A stretch of DNA of 64,000 nucleotides from the NCBI GenBank assembly GCA_964057225.1, contig OZ059899.1, positions 11,594,001 through 11,658,000 on the forward strand, read 5' to 3'. The notes under the pieces were generated by a model, which was given only the letters and a program-made list of their open reading frames with translations, was not told the DNA's origin and searched no databases. Positions 53,401 through 64,000 of this stretch are shown piece by piece (within the stretch, counting starts at the first letter, position 1; the number at the start of each line of letters is the position of its first letter). Made by a program: the position numbers and the translations under genes. The DNA is from Auanema rhodensis (Eukaryota; Animalia; Nematoda).

Positions 53401-56400
53401 TAATTAGTATTTTAGTTGTTAGCAGGGACTACTACTATTTCTAAAAGTATATTTTGCTAACGTCTTAGTTTCTTGAGACAGCAGTCTGGTATTGTCTTCA
53501 ATGCCGAATGTGTCAATCTGAATTTCCTGACTTTCCTAACATTCGATTGCTTTCTTTCTTATTTGCGGTTAATGGTGCATCAGCAGTGAGCTGGGTAAAG
53601 GAGATGCTTAACCAGATTAGCTGGGAGAGCCTTTTCTATAATACGCGTACTCACGCACTGAAGTATTCCCATTTTCCTATTCCTTATGATGGTAGGCAAT
53701 TTTAACATCCTGTTAGCCGGGCCGGGTTCACCAAACAAATAAGCATCATGGCTAAATTAGGAGGTCAATCCGCTTAGATATAAACCGTGGTTTCAATGGT
53801 TTCCGGGGCTGCTTAATATGATGTTAGAAGAAGTGTCTTCTTCTAATGGGCTAACTAGAAGAAAAGAAGATTAAAATGATTTCAGATTTGGAATAGAACC
53901 TAATGTGAAATATCGACTAGACCCTAATTTAGAGGGTTTTAATGTTGAAGGACATCGGTTGAAAATTGATAATCATGTACTACCAGGGCTATATAACTTT
54001 ACCATAATCGCCTATGATGATCATTCTCAGGTACTGTTTGAAAGTATATGTCCATTTGTATCAAATTAATTTCAGAGAGACCAATCATATATTACTATTT
54101 CATACAAAAATAAACATGAAGTACCAACCAAATTACGCATAGGTAGAGCAACGACAGTTGATTCTACTTGGACTGTTGCTGAGAATTCAGAGCCTCGTAT
54201 CCTTGAAAAGGTACTTGTGTTAGCCTAAGATGCGTTGAACAAAGCATTGTTTCCAGAAAATTCATCTGTCAAGGAATGAGAAGATTATTGGCGCACCTAT
54301 TATTTCTGAGTATTTTATAATTCATAATAATGGCTCTATCGAGATGACCCGTCCTTTAAATTACGAAAAGAATCCTGAATTGACTACAACTATTCAAATC
54401 GAAGGTTCAAAAAGAAGTTAGTAATTTATTCATATATATAGTTGGCGTTAGTTACTGAAAATTTCACATATGGCATGGTTACTACTCTAGAGTTTGTTTC
54501 TAGATTCCCAGTTTTGCGTATTGATATTTTGGGCCAGTCATGATCATATTAGTAAATTCAAAATTACTAGATAACTATATAGTACAGGCTATCATTATAC
54601 TGGTTATGCCAATACGAATTTGTTGAAATGAATCACATAAGCTATTGTTCCTCAGCATCAGCAACAGATGAGATAAAAGATTCTTTGCGCGAAATGCTGG
54701 ATTCAACATTGGTACGGCAGTGAAGGATGGTGCTTCCATTCAGTCTTTTTCTCTAGGGATAGTAAGTATTAAGCACAATGATGTTCACTCATTACAAAAC
54801 ACAATTAGTCCCCGCAGAGTATATGCAAATGGGTATTCCTTTATAATTAGGTTCATAAATTAGGAATGTTGACAACTAATGTCAATTTTCCCACTATTAG
54901 TATTTCTCATTTCAATGCTTCTGGTATTTTTAATTGTTTGAAACTGCATCGGTTTTTATGATTTGAATTTTTCTATGTAATGCCATGCTGACGATTCATC
55001 TTCCCTTATCGTGCAACTACATCGACATATGACAACGTTTCTGGATTCTTTTCGGAAGTCTAAAGTAGTATTTAAATTATACTCATTGCCAGAAAAGGGC
55101 TTAGTGTGCCATCTTGTTTAGTCATTTTTATTTCGAAAATGGTGAATTCCAAGGGATATTGGTCGATCTTCTTGTTTCGAAACACATACCCACTTTCAAA
55201 AAACCTTCATTATATTTAAACGTTTGCTCCATACCAATGAAGCATTCCAGCAACATGCTGTTAACTAAAATTAAGTTTTGTCAAAAATTGATAGACCTTT
55301 TTCATTTATAGAAAATAGACTGAACACCCACAAGGACTTAAGAGTGGATCAACAAAATGATATCCATTGTCTATTAGGACCGGGTGTGAACTTTAATATA
55401 ATGGGATTAACTACTTAAGTGGATAGTGCGCAGGCAGTATGGCATGGTTCAGAACAATTCTAGAAGACCGGGGTATGCTGTTATAGCAGCTGCCAAAAAG
55501 ACAAATGTGGGAGAAATAGGGGGGTCACGGTGAAGAAAAATTGCAGACTTGATCCAAGCAGATGGCAAGTCTCGAATCGAAGTCCACATTTTCAACGAAT
55601 CCATATCTGGACATTCGTTACAATCTGCAAAATTCCGGCTTACTCAAAATGATAATTTGTGCTATTGACTCTTTGCCTCCATATACTAACCATCTGGGAG
55701 ATATAATCATATTTGTTCTTATTTAAACAACCGCCAATCTGATGAAGCTGTGAGTAAGAGGAAATTTGGAAATTGAATTAGAGGAGACACGAGTATTGAG
55801 AAGATACATATACATACATATCTAGGAAATCATCTTTGTTTGCTAGTGCATCTCACATAGTTTGCACCTCTTTGGGGCGGGTGGAATAGTTTTTATTCTT
55901 TAAGCGTTGGGTTATAGACTAAGTCTTGGAAATGGTTTAGCCTTTACATTCTGCATAATTCATCTAATTGGTACGTATTGTTCCTGAACAAGTAAAGGAA
56001 ATATGAATTACCAAGAGCTCTTTTATTTTATGGTCAATCGCTTGGTAGTTGAATAGCCAGGTGAGGCTTATACATATTACATTCATTTTGTTTATTGAAT
56101 AATACGCCGTGGAAATAAGAATAAGCAGAGAATGATCATAATCCTTGATTATGTAAGCGAATTCATGGTTTGTAAAGTATATTTACAGTATTTATATATT
56201 GATTGATAAACACATTATTACTTTTTGTGTAGAAAGCTATATATGAGTTATCCATATGCTCTTGGGCTTTGTCATGATGACTTCAAGTATCTTGACCTTT
56301 CAACTGTTTCTCCTGATGACTCGTTACCACCAATCCAATACATTGTAATGTACTGAACAACTAATAGATGTTCATGCTCATTTGTCATATTGAATAAATT

Positions 56401-59400
56401 AATCCAAAATATGTGCCATTAAATTAGCAAAGGCAGACTCACTATAGGAACTCAAATGAGTATGACTTCTAGCTCAAATAAGTTGAACATTATTCCATTT
56501 ATTTGTGATTAAGAATGGACGTCGTAATCTTAAATATCATTAAAAGCAATGATCCAATTATAGCTGAAGATACTGTACAGCATGAAACTTGTTGATGACC
56601 TGTGCTATTGTGACGATTTATATTTGCATTTCATTAAGATGTTCACTATTGTTTAAGTGTATTGCTGAAGGAACATATGTTGTTAAAGAACCATATGGAT
56701 AGTAAAAAAATAGTAGTTGTTTTTTACAACTGCTTAGCCCTTTTTTGGGACAACCATATTGCTATAGACAAATGAGAAATTAAAAATGCTTGTTAATTAA
56801 AAGAAACATTTCAGCGGAATCTCGTAAAATACGCATTGTTGTCGAAGATGTAGATGAACCTCCAGCCTTTGTTAACGGTCCATCTCCATATTTAGCTGTT
56901 GTTCCTTTTGACAAGCCTGTTGGCTATCACGTATATAAGGTAGCGTTTTATGAAATGTCAGTGATAATGAAGTTAATATTTTAAGCTGGAAGCAAGAGAT
57001 GAATATGGTGGAGCTAACTTGATCTATAAATTGGTTAATGTTGAACGTAGGTTTTTTTTTGTTTTATCTCCTTCAAAATTATGTTTCAGCTCCGAACACA
57101 TTCACTATTGACGATGACGGAGTTGTACGTACGGCTGTAAGAAATTATCAAGCTGGTGCGACGTACCGTGTGCTAGTGCAAGCTATCAAGAAAAATCCAA
57201 CAAATTCGTCAAAACCGGTACGTATTCAATTTCAAAATTATGAAAATAATTTTAATTTCCAGTATTCGGATGTAGCTAAGCTCGAAATTCTTGCGGATGA
57301 CAGGCCTCCACAATTTTTGCAACAACATTATGAAATAGTTTTGGCTGAGGATTGCCCTGTTGATACAAGTGTCGTTGATGTTCGAGCTCAACGATTTCGA
57401 GCTGTGCATCAGAATCGATCAAAAGGACCTATATCGTACTCCCTATATACAGCTGTTTCGACAACTGCAGGATCCGAGCAAAAAGAATCGTCTAGTTGGT
57501 TCCGTATTGAGCCAACAACTGGAATAGTATATCTAAAAAGAGCTTTGGATTACGATGATCCTTCTCAACCTAAAGTGCATAAGCTTACAGGTAAGTGAAA
57601 ACAAATGTTATTTTTTTCAATTATATATTTACAGTTGTTGCCTATGAGGATGGAAAGGAAAGTAGTGTTCCTTTAGATATTCACGTAGCAGATGTTAACG
57701 ATAATTCTCCTGAATTTTCAAGACCCTTGTATACTGCACAAGTTAAGGAAGATGTTGAGATGGGAGTCACAATACTGAAAGGTTTTTTTTCAACTGTTCG
57801 TAGATAATATATTCATAAATTTTGTAGTTGATGTGGAAGACAAAGATTCTGGAGACAATTCAAGAATTGTATATTCTGTAGACAATGATAATTTTACTAT
57901 TAATGATAACGGAGAAATATCGGCAAAGTTAAGATTGGATGCTGATCAATTTAAGGAGCGCTTTTTTATTTATCGGTTCAATGTGACTGCTTCGGATTCC
58001 GGATTTCCCAGTTTGAATAGAACTGCTACTGTATGTGCTTTTTCAAAATTTTTAATATGGTTCAGTTTATAGGTCCATGTTCGCACTGAAAATACTAATG
58101 ATGAACCTCCTACTTTTTTACCCAGTCATTTGTACTCTGCTTTTGTGGCTGAAGATGCAGAAGGTGGAACTCCAGTTGTGCAAATTCAAGTAACGATTAG
58201 TGGCATAAATATTTCTAACACATAATTGACAGGCAAGAGATCCAGACCGTGATCAAGTTGAATATGTTTTCATTGATGAAAGAGAACGGGAATTCCAAGA
58301 ACTTGGTTTATTTCACATTGATAAGAATACAGGTGTTTGATTAATTAATTTTTTTGTTCATATAGTGTTTTAGGTCTAATTAAACTGCGTAATGGTGTAG
58401 AAGCACATCAACTAGAGAAGGAAAATTCTCCATATATTTTAAAAGTTAGAGCAAGAGATGACGGTTCATGTTGTAACTATAACTCTGTTCAACACACAGC
58501 TGAAGCAATTGTATCAATTGGTTTGAAGCATTTTTTTGCAAAGTATAATATTAATATTTTTAGCCATAGAAGATGTAAATAATAATAAACCAGAATTTCG
58601 AGATTGTGCACGATATGGCGAGATTGCTAAAATTCAAGAAGGAGTATATAAGAAAAATCCTCCAGTTATCATTAAAGTGGAAGCAACAGACGAAGACTCT
58701 TCAGCCAATGGAGACATAGTTTATTCTTTATATTATGCTCAAACTGAGAGTCGTAAACCATTTGTTATTGATAAGCTTACTGGAGCATTAACACCCTCAC
58801 CTCATGTTATTTTTGATCGTGAAAGCCGCACAAGAGAAGATGTTACAGTAAAGGTAAATTGGTGTATCATATAAGTGTTTTATAATTTATTATAGGCAAC
58901 AGACCGTGGTGATCGGCCTCTTATCGGATTTTGTCAATTTTCTGTTGAAGTGGTTGATGTTAACGATAATTCTCCTCAATTCGAGAGAGCTTCGTATGAA
59001 ACTAGCGTATCTCGTAGTGAAACAGTCGGGTAAACCTAAATTCAGTTTTCGGAATACATATAGTTGTTTTAAGAACATCGGTTCACACAGTTTTTGCTTT
59101 TGATATAGATGCTCCTCATAATGCTCGAGTAACCTATCACTTAGAGAGCGATCCAAGCGCTGGCTCTGAACATATCAAAGATATAACTTATTTTGAGGTG
59201 AATCATGATTATGATTTTTTTTAAAAATATAATTTAAATTACAGTTTAAACATGAAAATTCCGGAGAAATAACATTAATTAGAGAAATCCCCAAAGACAT
59301 ATCGGTATTTAATAGGTGAATGAACAATTTGAATTTGAATATTTTAGAAAGAAAAATTTGTCTTCAATGTGGTAGCAAGTGACAACGGTACCCCGGAAGC

Positions 59401-61954
59401 TCAAACATCAACGGTACCTGTTACGATTAAAATTCATGAAAGGCAACAGATAGCTCCACGGTGGCAATCATCACCCGATTGTAAAGACGTTGTAACTGTA
59501 GTTGAAAATACAGAGGTTTTTCTTCGCGATTCTTCGACAAACTAACAAAAACATTTAGGTGAATAAGGTGCTATTACGGTGCCATGCTTTAGCTGGTGAT
59601 GGTTCAAAGAGCTCTATTTTCTATAAGTTATCGGTAGGCGGTATTAATAGAGCCACGAGTACCGATAGCAAATTTCGTCTGTTCAATAAAATTGAAGATG
59701 GAAGAGAATTTGTTGAAGTAGCAATTATGGAGCCCCTTGATTATGAACAAGCGCAAAATTATACTTTAACACTGACTGCTACCGTAAGAATATTATTTTG
59801 TTCCGATTTATTTAATTTTTTATCGCATAGGATGTTAACTCACATGTATCATCATCAAAGAGTTTCACTGTTCTTGTTACTGATGTGAACGACGTTGTAC
59901 CTCAATTTACAGTTGATTTGTTCACCGGAACTATTGACGAAGGCCTTTCAGCGAATGATTTTTTGAAAAAGTAAATTTGTGACATATTTATTTTTATCAA
60001 TTGGATGAATTTAGAAACGAAGGAAAACCAATAACTGTGGTTAAAGCACAAGATAATGATTCTCCTGGTCCACAGAGTGAAGTGAGTATTGTCAGGTTAT
60101 GATAAATTAATTTACATTTGCATGATAGGTTCATTATCGAATTATTGATATGCATGGCTCCGATGTAACCAAACTGTTCCATATTGACGAGCTTACCGGA
60201 GAAATATTCCCCACCGCTGAGTCAGATTTCGTTTTTTTGCTCGATAAAATTTTAATTTTATTTCAGGTTTGATCGAGAAACTAAAGATATGTATATATTG
60301 ACAGTTGAAGCTCGTGATAACAAACCGTCAGCTTTGCCTGGTGTGAAAGGACCCAACAAGGATAATGTTAAAGTTCAAATTGTAATCGGCGATGTGAATG
60401 ATAATCCTCCATTTTTCAATGGATCTGGATATGAAGGACATGTTCCCGAGAATGCCGATCTGGGCCATGATGTGATTACGATTAAAGCGCATGATTTAGA
60501 CAAACGTATGAATTTTATTACTCCAAAAATATTAAATGCATCTTGCAGATTCCAATCTCAGATATGATTTATCTAGCGCTTACGGAGAAGCAAGAATTCC
60601 TTTTGGTGTGCGAACAGATAGTGGTGTGATATTTGTCAAAGTGATTAGTTAACATATATAATTAAATTTATTATGATATTAAGGAACCGTTGGATTATGA
60701 ACAAAATACTGTTTATCATTTAAAGTTACAAGTATCCGATGGAAAGCATAACTCTTCCACTGATGTCTTCATATATGTTGCTGATGTCAATGATAATGCT
60801 CCTGTGTTTGAGCAGCATTTGTATTCAACTACTGTATTAGAAGAAGATCCTCATGTTCCTAAAACATTGTTTCGAGTTCGTGCAACCGACGCTGATGTAC
60901 AAGAAACAAGTGGAGCTATAGTCTATCAGTTAGAGGGACAGGGTGCTGGCGAATTCTTCCAAATTAATCGCCACACGGGCGAAATACAGCTAGTTAAGGT
61001 AAAAATATAGTTAGTTAAGCTAGAAAAAAAAAGATTTCTTTTTCAGATTTTGGATCGTGATCCTCCGCATGGCGTACCAACTTGGAAATTCATTGTTCAA
61101 GCTATTGATAATAATGGGAATGGACTAATAGGATATGCCGATGTCCAGGTTTGTGACTGACTAGAAAGATTTTTAATCAAATCGTATAGGTTAACCTCAA
61201 AGATATTAACGACAATGCACCTGTATTTGCGGATGATTTATTCGGATATGTGGAAGAGAATCGGGAACCACATTGTATGTTCCAGCTTGAATTATATGAA
61301 GCAAATATTGATTTTTTAGCGACAGAAGGTATATACTTCATGGATGTTAGAGCAACCGATTTTGATGATCCAACAACTGATAATGCTCGACTTGAATATA
61401 GTATCACATTAAACAAAGAAATTAACGGGGAACCTGTATTCAGAATTGATCCAGCTTCTGGAAAAATATTTGCAATGGTTTGGTTACATGTTTAAATTTA
61501 TATATCAAATTTGTTATTTTAGAGAAGTTTGGATAGAGAACTTCCTTCGGAAAAGGAATTTGTTATCGAAGTAAAAGCTACAGATAAAGGAATACCACCC
61601 CGTGAAGGTTTACATGTGCAAAATTGCGTTGTTAGACTAACTTGTATTCTTTAGGCTCTGGAAATGTTACTATTAAAGTTCTAGATAAGAATGACAATGT
61701 TCCTTATTTCGAACGGCAGTTATATGAAACTTCAGTTGTTGAAACAGCTGCTGTAGGGTCAGCAGTGATCAGTGTATCTGCAATGGATGATGATAATGAA
61801 GCCATGTAAATCAACTTTATTCTAATTCTTTTAAATTATTTCCTTCAGTGATAATGTTTTTACTTATCAATTAGCAGATGATTCGAAATATTTTTATATG
61901 ACAACTGACAGAGATTCTTCGAATTCGTATGTTGGCGTTCTTCGAGTAAAACAA
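50408..61954 (+). CDS. hmr-1: Long (N-cadherin-like) classical cadherin HMR-1B, 5' portion; TM and cytoplasmic part not within the window
   Basis: Signal-peptide exon MAKIKQVVLLLLISHFIVA (50408) splices in phase 0 to RAKYTINENVPQGWLVADL. More than 30 short-intron exons carry DxNDNxP/LDYE/DRE cadherin motifs and HMR-1B-like segments (DEPPAFVNGPSPYLAVVP, AKLRLDADQFKERFFIYRFNVTA, FVAEDAEGGTPVVQIQARD), ending VGVLRVKQ at a donor at 61955. Confidence 0.92.
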
Positions 61955-64000
61955 GTTAGTTTACTTTACTTAACGAAATATTCGGCTAACACTCATATTA
62001 GCCTTGCTTGATTGGTAAGTAATGCTCGAGTACTCATCATTGAAAAAAAAGTTAACTTTTTGTGAATTAGGTATAATGTATTTTTCCTTTTCTCTTTTTG
62101 CTTTTAGTTCTGACTTCAGTCTATCTTCTTCTTATTCACACTTCAAGTATTTGTATCCCTCAAAAAATTTATTTTTTTCTATTTCTCCTGAAATGCATGC
62201 TCTTCGAACGGTTGACTAACTCTATCGAAATTAGATCACTTTCTTAGATTTTAATACTGATTACCGGTTTATTTTTTAGTTTTCATATTTATGTTTTCAA
62301 TCTTTTCCTCTTGCAGTTCTTGAGGATATTATCAAATTTATGTTTACCATAAATGGTTTCCATCTTATAAAACCAGATACGTCGCGCCTCTTTTTGTCTA
62401 TTGTTACATTTGCTTCATACATCCGATTGCCCATCCAGTCATGTAAAAATTTTAATTGAACTAATTTACTGCAATGTTGGAAAGAACTCGTTGTCAGCTC
62501 ATGATGACCCAGATTTATACGGTGTTTCGCTTTCCTAAGTTGTTTAAATTAGGAACATTTAAAAGTTTGAATTTTCGGATCTTGTTAGATATTAATTTTG
62601 GTTCACTCAAGAAATGTTCTCGTTAGTTGTGATGAATGATTTGATCGTGTAGTGTGGACATTTGGTTTCTCTAGTTTTTGAGCTATACTCGAAGCAAATG
62701 CCGGCGATTTATTTCGCACATCACGCTAGCAAGTCACAGGTGTCCCACTAAAAAGATCATATTGATATTCTAGTGTTGTAATTCAAAATCAGCGATTGTT
62801 CTTCAATCTTCTCTTTAGAAGTGCTTTGTGTTTTTATTTATATCGTGAACTATAGATCCTCCGCTTTTTCATTATTGATTCAACCTTTTTCAAATAGGTT
62901 CATATCAATCATGTTAAGGGTATAGAATACGAAAGCGGTTTAATCACTTTCTATTCGCAATCTTCTCCATCTTTGTTTGCTTTTCTGCTTTGATGTCTTT
63001 TTCACGCATAACCAAGCATACATATATCTTCTATGTAAAAACGGCATTTTGGATCAGTTTTTATCTTTTGTGTAACTAATATAATTTGAATTTTTTTAAA
63101 GAGCCTTATAATCTTCAATATGTATGTTTATGTTCATATCAGGGTTATTTCTTATAATATGATACTATTGGATGTTTATCCCTACGAAATAACAATCAAT
63201 GAACAATCGTTTTCCCAATGACACTTAAAAAGTGCCTAATCCCTCTTATATCCATTTACTTATTCATCCTCAATATCCATTTTCTAATGATATTCAAGGC
63301 AATGTCGGCCTTTATCCTGCTCATCGAATTTGTTCGACAGAATAGAAAAAGAAGATATCTTTATCTAATTTTCATCTTGATATCTAACTCTGCAAAGACT
63401 AAATTTTCAGATTAAAGAGCAGTATCCCTTAATTCCCACTCACTTTGTTTTTTTTTTGAGAGCATGCATCATGTCCTTGACTAACATTCAGTTGCCTTTA
63501 ACTAGAGCGATTTGTACACCTGGTGTATTCTGATGATCGAACGTTACATGAGCTTGTTTTTCGTCTTCTTATGATCTAGCACCGTTTTTAGTATAACAAA
63601 TCCTAAATAATCTAGTATTGCGATCTAGCATCTTAAGAACTTTTGTGTCTTACAACAAGTTTCTTGCCAATCCTTCATGAGTGGCTAAATGGCAATATAA
63701 ATCTGCTGTATACATATATAGCTTGTTTCATCCCTCTGATTTCCTTAAATATTCAAGTATCTTTTTATATTTCGTTCGAAATTTCTCAGTCGTATTGCTC
63801 GATAAAGCGTAATATGAAACTGTCTTTATATTTTTTATTTGCTTTTTACGAAATTACCTAATATCTTAATTCATTTTTTGGAAATTCTTATGAGCCTCAA
63901 TTCTAGTGATCCAGTAGCCCAGATTTCTTAGACCAAACATAGTGTACGCTATAAAATTGAATCTTTCGAGTCTCTGATTCATGTCTCTCTGTGTCATCAG

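Noticed and set aside
1-64000. tRNA, rRNA, CRISPR arrays, telomeric (TTAGGC)n arrays, intact transposases
   Set aside because: None seen. Only isolated TTCGAACC and TTAGGC words occur, without supporting structure.

Overview
This is AT-rich, intron-dense eukaryotic DNA from a rhabditid (clade V-like) nematode. Most introns are about 40-55 nt, AG trans-splice-type acceptors sit just upstream of start codons, and there is a clear mex-5/6 orthologue. The ORF track mostly shows exon fragments or noise, so gene models were built by hand from GT-AG splicing. From left to right the genes are: 5' exons of an unidentified Ser-rich/NLS protein (-, runs off the left edge), an NHL-repeat protein (-), a signal-peptide LRR-TM protein (+), wolframin (-), CFDP1/BCNT (-), atrogin-1-type F-box mfb-1 (+), a flavin monooxygenase (-), a DH-PH RhoGEF (-), then about 10 kb of gene-free microsatellite-rich DNA, mex-5/6 (-), ATP synthase subunit g (-), an innexin (-), and the 5' part of the long classical cadherin hmr-1B (+, runs off the right edge). 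The main observations are: (1) a relaxed splice code with at least 24 AAG acceptors; (2) a probable E2F/DRM-headed germline operon innexin > asg > mex-5; (3) an N-terminally short wolframin apparently co-transcribed with CFDP1; (4) a cryptic 13-nt exon or early stop in the cadherin that could yield a secreted ectodomain. Family assignments come from recalled motifs, not database searches.
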